This document shows positions 1 through 12,948 of a stretch of 64,000 nucleotides of DNA, piece after piece. The DNA lies in NCBI GenBank assembly GCA_030704615.1, contig CM060732.1, forward strand, positions 18,786,001 through 18,850,000, in the 5' to 3' direction. Source of the DNA: Takakia lepidozioides. Taxonomy: Eukaryota; Plantae; Bryophyta. Numbering within the stretch: position 1 is the stretch's first letter; the number at the start of each line of letters is the position of its first letter. The position numbers and the translations under genes were made by a program. The notes beneath the pieces were generated by a model that was not told where the DNA came from, made no database searches, and saw nothing but the letters and a program-made list of their open reading frames with translations.

Positions 1-3000
1 GAGGAGATTCATTGGAACCAAAACGAGAAATGCCAAAAGTGAGAAATTTTCTTGGTGCGAACGCCAGGTAAGCTTAAGCAATGTTTTGAAGGCCTATCGG
101 GCATGATTCCGGGTGAGCAGGCGATTGTGACAATACGCCAAATGTAGGCCGGTTACGTGATAGCTGAAATGATGGCAAGCTGCAGAGAGCTAGCATAAAA
201 TATGCAGCGGCAAAGAGAGCACAGTTGTCAAGTAACAATTTCTTAATGCGGTGCTCCCTTGGGTACTAACATCCCGGGGGACATGTTTTGTTGAATGAAT
301 TGTTTACTGCGAAGCAGAGGTGAGCAGAGGGGCGGATGCTCCAGTGTGACTTAGAAAAAGAGCGTATGGAAGGAGGGTAGGTGCGAAGCAGCACAATGGC
401 AGGGCTAGATGCATAGGGAGAATGTCACCTTGGCTCCGGCATACCAAATCCCATGGATTCAGGGGAAGCCAAGGAAGAGAGAGTGTGGCATGAAGCGGGG
501 CCCACGGTCTCGTGGGTCCTGACGTCTGCCATAGCTAAAGCTTGGAGGTCCGATCGTCTTCTTCCTCTCTCTGCTCTGCCCGCCCACCTGGCCACCCTCC
601 ATTGGATTTCTCATGGCCTCCGCCACGTGAGGACCATGAAGGGCTGCCAGGGATGCGCCCAGAGCAGCATATCACCCTTACAAGATTCATCCCAACATAG
701 GCAACACCGAGGGAGAAAGAAAGATCGAGCCATAGCCGAACGCTCCTGCAATCAACCTTGAGAAGTGAGCTTGGATGTCCTCAGTTATGGCGTCTCCCTC
801 CCCCCTCCTCTTATTTTATTCTCGCTTTGACCATGGCAGTCAATGGAATGAGCCGAATTTATGTGAAGAATCATGTAACTGTATCTATACATCCGGGCAG
901 GAGAGAGGAAGCTGGAAGTAGCAGTAGAGTATTCAACATGTCAGTCTCCCTTCTAATAATACCCCCCAAAAACAATGGTGAAAAGTTAGAATGATACCTT
1001 CAAAAGTTTGTGAATTGGCAATAATACACTGTAGAATGATCATGTCAGATGTGTGTGCAGTCCCTCTCTATTTTATTTTACTAACTTACAAACCCCCAAT
1101 TACACCCGCCCTTTCACTTTTCTTTTCTTTCCTTTTCTTTTCTTTCGTTGGTTACTCCATCATCATGTAGCAAATGCAATGAGTAAACCATCATAACTAT
1201 CTGCTCAGTTTATAGCCATCGCCCAAATTATTAAATTTGTTCTTCGGAGGGAACTTCTAATAAGCACACTGAGTCCATAGGAAAACAAAATCAGCCAGCC
1301 AGCAACAACGGAGAAATAGGGGACGGTGCATAATACACATATAACCGTTATAAATAATTTTAAAATAAATAGTAATAACTGTTATTTTTAACCTCCGCAT
1401 GTCGACACAGGATAGTAAGTAAGCAGTAACGTACCAATGACCCGTAGATTTGTCGTGTAGGGCACCGCGTTTGCGGCCGGGTACCGTTATGCCTCGGCAA
1501 GCGGGCCCGGCCAATGGGGGGCGCGCTAACCACACATTACGGGGCGCGCGTAACCACGCCCTCGATTAATGCTAAGCCAGCCCTAATTGCGGCCAACCCT
1601 TGGCTCGTGCGGAAGCCGATATGGTGAGTAAGTAAACGCCCGGCGTATGTATGTACCTACTAGTATGTTTACTCACTAACCTCCTGGCTGTACTGGTAAG
1701 TTACTGGTATGTTTATTAGTCACTCCGTGTAACTCCTCACAAGGTTTGGGCTGCTGTGTACACTCACTAACCACTCCGACTACTAACGTTGTACGTTCTT
1801 CGGAGTCTCCGTTACTTAACGCCGACTGTTAACGGTTTTGAGGTTTAGGGTTTTTTTTTTTTCCCTTTGTTTTTTTCGCCGGGGTCGCTCAGTGTTGGCA
1901 GGGGGACTCTGGTGCCAGAAAAAGCTCGGTAGCCCCTTTATACACGATGGCTGAATTAGTATGGAATCTGCAACTTTTGGGCGTCATATCCTACTACACC
2001 GACCTGCGCCTTTGAGAAAAGGTGCAATTAGTTTTATTAGTTAAATAGGGCAGTGGGAGTCAAAGGAATCGAACTCTGGTCAAAGTGTCAGGTCAAGCCT
2101 AACCTGAAGTTAAGTGGGGGGGGGGGTATGATTGAGGATTAACCGGCATGATTGGTGAGTGCAGTGCCAGGCTCCTAACTGTTGTTGTTATTACAGTGGA
2201 CATATAGCACAAAGCAGGGTCTTGGGAGACAGGATTTATTTTCTTTTCTGAAATTTTAAACTGCTGGCTTGGGATGAATGCATGGTTCAAGGGAGACACG
2301 CTGAGGATTTGGGTTGTCAAGTCTGAATTCTTTGTTGGCATTGTTGGTCCCTGGGTGTTTTCCGGCTGTGTAATGTATGGGGTCATGATTGGGTGATATT
2401 AAGTAGTGAGAGGGTTTTGGGTTTTGAACATGCGGCCCATTCTGTTGGCCATGTTTATTGCATCTGTTGTGCTTATAATAAGGGCAGGAAAGGGCGGTGT
2501 ATGAGGGAGGAGTGATGGTACAAAACTCCTGGGTAAAAGCAGAGTTGAGATGTAGCGTTTTGGGCATGCTAGAATGATGGCACGACCCAACAAAGTGGAG
2601 GAGCTTTTATCACTAGGTAGTAAATTGCAGCACCAGCACAAGCATAGAAAAATCAAAGCTGGATGGATATAGTTACAGGGATAGGAGTGCTGAGGGAAGT
2701 ACGTACCTGGAATGCCAACTGTAGAAGGTTGAAAAGCCTCTCCTGGAGCAGCACCACAGTTTTTTACTTGCTTGGAGGGGGGGAGAGACGGAGTAGAGGG
2801 AAAGCAAGGCTGGTCACTTGTACAGTAGCCGCGGGAGGGAGGGAGAGTAAGAGTAAAGCAAAGGGAAGGGGAGAGAGAGCTGGAGTACAATACTACTACA
2901 GTAGTGGCGTACGTGTAAGTAGGTGTTGGGGAAAGGGGTGGGCCATGTGTGCGGCCCCGATAGCAGCGCCGCTGCTACTGCTTGGTTGTAGCAAGCTCCC

Positions 3001-3042
3001 TCTTTCTCTCTCGAGCCCCACTCCGCACCCCTGTGGGCATCC

Positions 3043-3050
3043 CTTATAAG
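3043..3050 (+). promoter_or_regulatory. Candidate TATA box of the RSS3-like gene
   Basis: CTTATAAG lies about 550 bp upstream of the ATG, next to a pyrimidine-rich tract. Position only; no transcript evidence. Confidence 0.25.
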
Positions 3051-3593
3051 TCTGTGCTCACCCTCCCTCACTGGGCCGCCACCCAATCTTTGCTCAGCTT
3101 TGTTCGGTGCTGGTGAGCTCTCTCTAGCCCGGCGAGGTTAGATCAGACACATTGTGTGAGGTCCTGCTGCATTGATCCTCAGTCGGCCCACGTAGCGAGA
3201 AACAGACAGAAGTCTCGACTTTTATCATTGGAGCTGCAAGGCTATACAGTTCTGGTGATCTCTTCGACTAGCTGACTATATTTCTAGACCAGAGAGGAAG
3301 AGAGCTTTGAACTGCCAAATCCTCCCACCTGCATTGTTCACTTAAACTGCCTCAAGTGCCCGTTCGCTGTAGGTTGGACACTCTCTGAGCAGAAGTCCTT
3401 CGAAAGAGAGAGATACGTAAGCCACTATCGATAGGAACCTACGTTGATGAGATAACACACGCCTCAGCCCCATCCATGGATTTATGAAGTGCTAGACCCT
3501 CGACATTGTGGTATTCTGGAAGGGAGCAATCACACTGGCCAGCAGAGGAGACGGAAAAGGCAGACAGCCTGGGAGGGATCGTACTTGAAAGCG

Positions 3594-6500
3594 ATGGAAA
3601 GACAAGGACTCCCGACGTTGAATCACCTGCTGCAGCACACCTTACGCAGCTTGTGCACAGACTCACAGTGGGTCTACGCCGTTTTCTGGCGCATTCTTCC
3701 CCGTAACTACCCTCCTCCCCAGTGCGTCTCGCTACCTACTTCACCTCCTTGCCTACATCTTCATATGTCGTTCGAGGACATGCTGCATCTCTGTCCTTGT
3801 AATGTGCGAGCTCAGCTCCAGTTTCAGCGGGACCTCTTTCAAATGTAATTGATGGTCATACTGTGCTCATTTGCAACGTAACTTCAGTACCCAACGTTTG
3901 GACTCTCTCTGTCTCTGTCTCTGTCTGTCTGTCTGTCTGTCTCTTTCTCTCTCAATGACTGATCTCCACCCTGCATTGAACAATAAGAAACCTGTCGAGA
4001 CCCGTCTGTCAGATTACCCAGTGTGGTCAGGTACGGCTTCTCAAAGAAATTTAGAGTTGACGATGGTGTTGCTGGTGTGGCCACAGATGGGAGACAGAAG
4101 GGGGAGCAATGGACAGAACCAAAGGAAATAAACGCAACTGGTACATGTCCTTGTCTGAGCCTGCATTGTGGTCTCTCTTTGGATCTTGCACTGAGTCGGC
4201 GTCATTTCACTTCCTCGTTTATCCTCTCCATCCTCTCTCTCTCCCATGATCTTCTGGCTAGCATAAGATCACCAATTATTTATGACAAGAAAACTCCTTA
4301 GGTCCTTCAGCTGTGCAAAGCTGAAGATCGCAACTGTCTTTACTATCCTAATTAGGCACTTGCGATGCTGGCTCCACAGGATTCTTGTCTGGGAGGACGG
4401 TTTCTGCAACTTCTCAGCCTGTCTGGGAGCGGCCAAAGAGGCAAAGGCAGGGAACCACTTCTTAGGGGGTGGGATACATCGTGGCAGCGAGGATGACTCA
4501 GAGGCCATGCATCCTGAGCTCTTCTTTAAAATGTCCCACGAGGTCTACAACTACGGAGAAGGGTGCGTTTTCATCATATCCAGACATCTGCTTGCCTTCT
4601 GCTTCGTATATACTCGATAAGCGTGCCTACTTAGACAGAAATTTGTACACCGGTCCTGTGTTTCATGCTGAAAACCCACTGGCTGTCTTCAAGGCACATT
4701 GTCACTCCATATGCTTAACCTGCTCAAGGAAAGCCTTAAAGGCAGAGACTGACCGGCCCAAGCTCGCTCTTCTCTTGCTCAAAGGATTTTGTATCTGAAA
4801 ACTATCAACCAGCGATTACACACATTTTGATAGAATTTGCAAGTTTGCTGAAAATTCAGAAAGGAGTCGTGATGTCCAGAAGTATGTAAGATTTTACTTC
4901 CCCAGCAGGTAGATCTAGGCAATGCATTGTTGCACGGCTCCCTCAGTGCATTAGTACCCAGATCCTTTGGAGTCAAGACCCCAAGTGCTGAGGTTAGTAT
5001 AAGCTCGAGTCCATGATCAGAGCATGCCTAGAGTGAAGATCATCGAAAATGCACGATAGTCTATTTATGTACTGCCTTCAATGTCGCGGCAATGTCGCCT
5101 GCCTGAGACTGCACTATTGGTGATTGAAAGGAGGTTGTGAAACTGTGTGAAATTATCCGGTGTTCAAAACTCTCTGGGTTGTTATCATGTTTGAATTGCG
5201 TGCATAGCTGCATTGGTGGTTTATGTCAATGAATGAAATGGTGCAGGTTGATGGGGAAGGTAGCAGCGGACAACAGCCACAAGTGGGTCTACCGGGAACC
5301 CATGGAGCATGAGATTAGCTTCTTGTCACCCTGGCATGGGTCTCTCGACCCCGTACGTTGATCTTTCTGATGGCCACTACACCTTTTCTGCATGCTGATT
5401 TAGTCATCTCTAGACCTGTGTGTAATGATACTTCACTCGTCATAGGTATGAATATCATGGTACCTAAGTTTTCTGACTACATAGCATCAATTGCGAATGT
5501 GCCTAGCGTAAGTGACTATGCTGACGTGCTTTGTTGGATTGGGATGGCTGCAGCATCCACGAACATGGGAGGGTCAATTCAAGTCTGGCATTCAGGTCCG
5601 TCCTCAAAAGAATGGTTGTCAAGTTGACGTCGTCTCTGTGAGCATAGTAGAAGTTTTCTTGTACGTACTACGAGACATGCCAAGCTGGGCCAAAAGCTAG
5701 AACGTCTGCACGGTTCTCCTGGAAGATCAGATCGGTTGAACCGCTCAGATCTTCGTGGAGAGGGGCTGATGTGGATGCATTACTGCTCAAACTGTACAAT
5801 TAACGCAAGATCATGTTGTGATTCTGCAGACTATAGCAGTGGTGGCTGTTCAAGAAGGGCTCCTGCAGCTTGGTTCTGTCAAGAAGGTTAGAGCTCTCCC
5901 TACTTTTGCACAATTGATGTGCTGTCTATGTCTCTTGAGCACCTTACGGTGCGCTGTGACCCATGAATAATGTGTTGCCTATGCCCAATTTTTCATCTTT
6001 GTTCGTATCTAGGTGCAGCATTTCTGTGAATAGATCTTATAATAATCAGTCACATTATATGATGGGGTTCAGCTTGTCGGAAGTGTCAAGGCTTTGCAGT
6101 AGTTCAAAGTTTGAAGGCCAGTAGAACACTTACTTACAGGATATATACGCTTGAGGGAAACACATGAGTTCATTCTATCTAAAGCATTGCAGGTCCCTAC
6201 CGTTTTCTTGGGAGCTGGTGCCTCCTGGAAAATAAGTCTTAAAATGCTCAAACTTTGTCGGACTCTGATCAAGTCGGTTTTCTCTCGTGCAGGTAGTTGA
6301 AGACCTCAACTTCGTCATACTTATGCAACGCAAGTTTAACTATTTGCAAAGCATTCCAGGAGTATTCGTTCCTCATCCTACTTCACACAGTAGTAGCAAG
6401 AAAAGGACCCAGAACGGGGAAGGATCTCCACCAACGGACGGAGATCACTGGATCAGCCTGGAAGAAAGACTCATGTCCAACGGGTTGAACCCAAGATCAG

Positions 6501-7351
6501 TCGACCAGTTCCTGTCTCCAAGAACTGGCTTGGATGGATGGCGATCGTCCAGTATAACCACACAAGACACATCAATTCTTGGGATCAAGCGCCCACCAGA
6601 CACAGACACCCCTCTTTCCTTGAACTTCAAGGACTATCCCTACATCTCGTCCGGCAATCTGCAGTCGTATATGACTGGTAGCTATGATGGTCGACCAGAA
6701 TGTCCATCTCCTCCAAAGGCTTTGAATACAGGTCAGTCAAGCCCACAGGGTAGTTGCAGCCCAAGCTTCTCGAATTTGCTTCCATCCATGTCCAGCCTCC
6801 AAGCTCTCTTATCCAAGTTGCCATCAGTCACTTCGAATGAATCCGATGCAGGGCTTGGCTCCCCTATGCAGCAACTCTCACCTTCGCCGCCCAGCAGTGG
6901 CTATGATAGCCCCCCAACAAACTTTTCTGTCAACTGGCCTCAAGTGAGACAGCCCTTGAGCCGGCCTCCCAGCTCTCAGGATCTACCATCAACAGCAGAT
7001 GCAAACGGCCTGTCAGATGTCACAGGAACTGGTGCTACAGCCGCCATGCGGTCCTCAAGAAGTAGTGATCTTTGCAATGGAAGTAGGGCCTCTACGTCGA
7101 ACGGTTCTGCCGGTAGCGCTCCGAGTGATGATCTGTCTGAGGGTTCTGAGCCATCTCAACAGGAGGGAGACTTGCAGCGAGCTGTCTTGTATCAACACAT
7201 CAACCAGTCGAAAGAAATCGCACCTGCACTGAAAGACAAGTTGAGTTCCTTCTTGGACACATTCGATACCCTTTCAGACTTCGGGCTTCATCAGGCTCTT
7301 GAAAACAGCGACAACTACAACTCATTCTTTAGCGAGATATACCGGGATTGA
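3594..7351 (+). CDS. bHLH-MYC N-terminal-domain protein, RICE SALT SENSITIVE 3-like (no bHLH domain seen), 7 exons, 542 aa
   Basis: Exons 3594-3721, 4087-4140, 4380-4562, 5247-5352, 5554-5595, 5830-5886 and 6293-7351 are all GT-AG and give 1629 nt in frame. Translation: MERQGLPTLNHLLQHTLRSLCTDSQWVYAVFWRILPRNYPPPQW...RNWILVWEDGFCNF...PELFFKMSHEVYNYGEGLMGKVAADNSHKWV...HPRTWEGQFKSGIQTIAVVAVQEGLLQLGSVKKVVEDLNFVILMQRKF...PSMSSLQALLSKLPSV. Confidence 0.92.
3903..3953. repeat. CT/CTGT microsatellite in intron 1
   Basis: ctctctctgtctctgtctctgtctgtctgtctgtctgtctctttctctctc. Confidence 0.85.
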
Positions 7352-10027
7352 CAAAGGAAAATTAAGTACTCATTTAGTGTTCAGACCCTTTCAGCACTGT
7401 TGCTCAATCTTGCTTCTGCGAGTCCTGTAAATTCACATAACTGTAACTTACCTTCCTGGTCCCAGGGTTACCGGGCATTTCGATAGGCTTAGATACCCTG
7501 CCAAAATCTGAAGCGGGGTGCATCCAAAGTGCGGTGGGAACATCAGGATTCATGACACAGTTGATATTAATATGCATTCAAGGAAGGGGCACATCATTTT
7601 GTTCTTTAGATCGGGATCGCATTCTAACAGGTAATGTGTCAAAGTTGGGCTATGGAGGTTGCCAATTATTAGTGCTTTTCTTAGATTAGACCAGTGTGGG
7701 AGAGACCCACATCGGGTCCGTGAAAGGGAGACAGATGGGTTCAGTGTACAGATCAGTAGTTGGGCCCCATCAACCTGGTGAGACGGAAGAAATTGGTGTG
7801 AATGTTTCGTGTGGTGACAGTATTTTGTTCTCGGCATTTTATTTAGTGCGGACTTCTCTTTCATGACGAAGGTCTAGAACCAGTAAAGAGCTGTATGCTA
7901 GCAGATTTTGGATCAGTCTTGTTATCTTCCCTGCACTATTTCCAAACAAGTTTTGTCCGTATTATTCCTCTCTTTCTTGAGCTTTAGTTGCTTTTGAGCT
8001 ATTTGTGGCCAGCCCCTCTCTCTTGTTTGTTTCTTTGCTTTTGGGCTCTTTTTTGGCGGCTCTGGTTTTGTTTCCTCTCTCTTGTTTTTCCCATTGTGTC
8101 CCATAAGCTCTTTGAGCTTGTCCCAGTTCAAGCTCTTTCAGCTTCCCGCGGACGTTGTAAAGTACCATTTCATTTCATTTCTCTCTCTGGACGTTATAAA
8201 GTTTTCGTCATTATCAAAATCTTTCCTCCTCCATGGGCACACCTGCGTGTCTACCTCAAGTGTGTTATGTGGCTCTTTCGACTTACGGTAGACACGCTCT
8301 TTAGTCCGAATGTTTTCACGCCATGCATGCGCGTCAACGGCTCATACCCCGCTTCATAATTAGTTCCGTCACTGAGGGCCTTATCTGGTGATCTCGACTG
8401 TTCATAAGGTTTACAAGTTGGACACAGTAGGCTCGGTGAGGATCCATGAAAGTTTAATCATGAGAACTGTCCAGCTGAAAAATGGGTGATAATGAAGACT
8501 CCGTAGGACACATGACTCAATCAGCAAGTCGGCAGGATTAGTTACTATGGCTTCACCAGGGACATGCTTCTGTCTTTTACCCCCACAACTCAATCTCCCT
8601 TGACTCGAGAATGAAACCTTACTTGGCCTAACTGGCAGTGGAGTTTAGGAACCGACGGAAATTTTTAGTTGTTTATCCAAGCCAATTTTATCCATACACA
8701 CCGACTTTCCTCTGCTCTCGTCCTACTAGTCTACAATAGAGAGGAAGGCATCCTAACCTTACTTGATCCCATGTGACCACGTTCTTGCTAAGAAGTTATG
8801 CCCACCTGCACAGGTATATCAATATTTGATGATCACCGAAAGTGTATTTAATGATCTACAGAGAAGTCTCCTGTAGTTTCCTGGAAGATGAAAAGGGAGA
8901 ACAATTAAATGCAATCAGGCAGACTTCAATATCTCTTGCCAAAGTGGCGGAACCTATTTGTATAGACCAAATCGTAGCCTGAGCTCTGAGCTCTCTTAGC
9001 CTGAGCTCTCGTAGGCAGAGGGCTTGTCGATTCTACAGTAGAAACGCAGTCATACATAATGGGACTGAAACGGAGGCGTAGAAGTCCAGAGACCTGAAGA
9101 GAAATGAAGTTATTCGGGGACCTACAGTGATGGTTGCAGCATAACTTTGCTCTATTTCGTCAGGCAGGGATTTCTGCATGCGAGTTTGCGTGGAAATTAG
9201 GGTATGTACAAAACTTTTTGGTGAGGTAAAGGTGTGCTCTCACGAAGCTCATTGGAGGGTATGGATATGGAGGCCCCTTGCAGCAGTCAAAGAGCTTCAT
9301 TCATTGGAATGCAGCTGCTCTGCCAGATTTTGTCTCGAGAGCTGGCCCGCTGCAAGACTTTAAAGCTAGCGAGTTACAAGTCACAGCCGCCAGAGCTCTC
9401 TTATGTGTCGGAAGTTACAGTGCTGTACTTCTAATTATTCCCTCCTGTGTCGACATGCTTACCCAAGTCCTTGGCTGTAGGTACTCATTGCTCCTGTGCT
9501 ACAAAAGTTAGGTTGTTGTACATTTGTCGACCCGGTATTCCTCCAATGCCCACCCCTGCAGCTTCTTTGCATACTTGGCGCTATTCCCCCTTCTTATCTT
9601 CTTCCAATAGGCTAGGAGCACGCACTGGAGTGGGGGATTGGCCAGATCGAAAAGGAGCATCAAGTAGGTGCAAACTGCAAACTTTGCAGAACGTGACTGA
9701 GAGAGATGGCAACAAGACAAACCCATCAATCGGAAGCACGCAGCGAAAGTCTCTTAAATACTGGACCTCTCTGCTTCTGCCACAAAAGTTGGACAAGATA
9801 AGGTGCATTATTGCTTCACTATCCCTCTTATTACTGCTTGATTGTTCCTAAATATTGTCGTCTCCTTTGTAAATGCTTGCCCCAGAACCATGCTTCGTCT
9901 CATCACCAACCCATGGTCGCCATATTGATGAACTCAATATGAACTTGTGTGTGAGCATGATGACTAAAGCTTTTAAGTCAAATCAAGCAAGAGAGAAAAG
10001 CCATGAGTCTAAGTTACTTGTTGGAAC

Positions 10028-11058
10028 GCAAGGGCAATTCAATTGAACTAACCCTAATTTGCAATTCAATTGAATTGTCGGCACACGATTCAATTGAATT
10101 GTAATCTATAATTTTTTAACTTATTTTTGTATATAATATATAATATATATGTACATGTATATATTCAAATTATATTTATACATATATAAGAGTATAAGCT
10201 AAAAATACATGTTGCCCTTCTATTCTTGCCACCCTCAGGCTCAGCGAGAAAGGGAGAGCCAGAGACGGAGACAGATCAGCAGCTTCCTGCGATTCACTGG
10301 CAAAAGAAACATGGCTGGCTCCGAAAAAAACAGACAAAATCAAACATGACAATTGATGAAAGGCTTCCCCTACATCACCATGTAGTCCCCTAACACTAGT
10401 ATCTGGCCAAGGACAAAGAAAACAAAAAATATGTTCATCTTGAGAATTATCAAAAATTTCGATACCCTTACAAAGGTATCATGTTGAAGTTGGGATGTGT
10501 GTTCCATATAAGTTTAATATATCAAACTCTTACACGTTGATACTCTTACATTGGTATCATGTTTGGTATATGTATATAACCATATATTGGCACCAACATC
10601 CACAAAGAGAGACAATCCCGCTTTTACAAGCGCTTCGTGACTTCCTCTCTCTCTCTCTCCCTCTCTCGCTCTCCCCTAGGCTTATCTTGGGCTCAAGCCT
10701 TACACGGGCAAAGGATTGACAGAGGGACAGCAAGAATAGACGGGCAACATGTATTTTTAGCTTATACATGTGTATGTATATATGTATAATTTAAATATAT
10801 ACATATATATTATATTATATTATATACATAAATAAGTTAAAATTTATAGATTACACAATTGAATTGTAGTCAGCAATTCAATTGAATTGCCAACTAGCGA
10901 TTCAATTGAATTGCGAGTTGACAATTCAATTGAATTGTTGACTGCAATTCAATTGAATTGCCAATTCGCAATTCAATTGAATCGTGTGCCGACAATTCAA
11001 TTGAATTGCAAATTAGGGTTAGTTCAATTGAATTGCCCTTGCAATTCAATTGAATTGC
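10028..11058. mobile_element. Non-coding foldback/MITE-like element with long inverted arms built from CAATTCAATTGAATTG palindromes
   Basis: Left arm 10028-~10236 is the reverse complement of right arm ~10722-11042 (gcaagggcaattcaattgaactaaccctaatttgc / gcaaattagggttagttcaattgaattgcccttgc). The right arm has extra palindrome copies. No TSD was identified. Confidence 0.8.
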
Positions 11059-12948
11059 ACACTTTTAGGGGGTGATCAAGTGAATTGCGATGCATTTCAC
11101 ATCAAGGCCTTTTTGGAATTCCCTACTCTTCTCTTCAAGTAGCAATATGTATGCATCTACTTGAGGTTGTTGTCATGGTTTCGTTTTATTTGGACCAAGA
11201 AACAAATCTAGATTGTATAGAGCTAGAACGGAAATAATTTTCCCATCCTTTCCCAGGAATGTCCTTTGGATACATAGTATTAAATTGAGTACCGTAGGGG
11301 CCTATGCTCTTCGCCATTACATATCTCACAAATGCTTGTAACAAATGTTTTTTTTTTAAGTTAACAAATTGCGCTGAAATTACCCAATATCTTCAAAAAT
11401 CGTGCCGAAAATCTTCAAAAGTGTTGCTTTGGATGCCAAAATCAGGTTGGCAGCATGTTTTTTTCAGTTTTCCAGGCGTTACCAAGGGCTCGATGGCTTT
11501 CCGTCTCTTGACTCTTATGGTAATCTGCAAACGCTCACCAGAAGGAAAACCCAAAATAACCACTTTGTTAACCTCTCATTCAAGTGGTACAAGACATGTA
11601 ACCACTCTAGCCTAGAGTGATGAAGAACGGTGGCGGCTCTGGACGTAAGTCAGTGGTAAAAGACATAACATGTTACCAATGTTTCGAGTTAGTGACCTCC
11701 AAGTCCACATGTTGTAAATGTACCACTTGATAAATAGACTGATTCCAACTATTTCCATGAAATGCGACGAAGAATTTCCGTCCATGATATTGAACAATAT
11801 CGAGACATGTGTTCATTATCTAATGGGAATTTCAGTATGTAAAAATAGATGTAGTGATAAATGCAATGACCTTACAAACACCTCCATAGGTGACCACTAA
11901 ATTACTCAACGAGTCATAGTTTTTGAATATACTTAATCATCTCTCATTGAGTCATTCTGTACTAATTTCAGCGGATAGCATGGTGGTTAGGCGTCAATGA
12001 TATCATGGCGTGGAGACATAACCGACAAATGGCGGTGCGACACATCATCTGAAATCTAGCTCTAAACGAGATGAGAATGTACCACATCAGCGAAGCTTTG
12101 CATTTGTGGGTTATGGCCTCTTGTATCTATGAAATCCCCAGCGTTGAACAACATGATACCAAGTCTATGAGATAGTGATCTGCCAAGTGATCAGAAAACA
12201 ATCCTACAATTCACATATTCATCCATGTCGTCTTGCATTTTAGTTCCTTCACAGTAACATTTATATGCACAAATAGAAATGACACTCATCTATGTCTTTC
12301 ATGCGGTATTCCGCATGCATCTATTGTTCAAATGTAGACTCTCTGCCCCGAGTTTCAATGTCACTCTCATGCCAAGGGCCCTCTAGATCATCCTCAAGGT
12401 TCTCCTTAGCCTTTAGGCATCCAACACGGCGTTAGACATTGCAACCTTCAAATCAGCTTCATCTGACAATGTCAATTCTTCTGGGCTAATATTCAGGTAC
12501 TTGAAAATCTCTTCTACTATTTTCCACCAAGACTAGCATGTTTAACCAGACAGTCTTGCTTCCAATCTGAATTTTTTTTTTGTTTTATTTATGACACTAA
12601 TATATGTCAGAGTCGTATTAATCAAACTTTGATTCTGGAAAAAAGGGCATGCTAATGGCACGATTTGGATGACACTTGGCCAAAAAGCCATATGTGCCCA
12701 AAAACAGTCATGAAATGAGTCCTTAAAGCCATTTTTTTGCACTACGGTAGTGTTTTTTGGGTGCTCCTTTCTCCACCTCTATGGGACCATACCAGCCCAA
12801 TCTACGTGGATGCACGCAATTTAGAAGGGCCCACTTTACCTCTCTCCCTTGGATCAGCAAGGCCATATACGTCATCAGACACCCTACCTTATGTTTGTAT
12901 ATCTTTTTGTTTCTTCTACTGAATGAATTGTTGTCATGTATATTGCAG

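Noticed and set aside
1440-1940. GC-rich semi-palindromic tract with CACTAACC-like repeats, possibly a TE end
   Set aside because: No convincing TIR pair, TSD or second copy in the window.
453-3086. Short ORFs upstream of the RSS3-like gene, and similar ORFs at 7550-9851 and within the repeat arrays
   Set aside because: No recognisable motifs or splice-consistent structure; consistent with chance or low-complexity ORFs.
10856-11057. Mini-CRISPR of 16-bp palindromes
   Set aside because: The spacers are only 6-14 nt and are mirrored in the opposite arm, which fits the TIR substructure of a foldback element.
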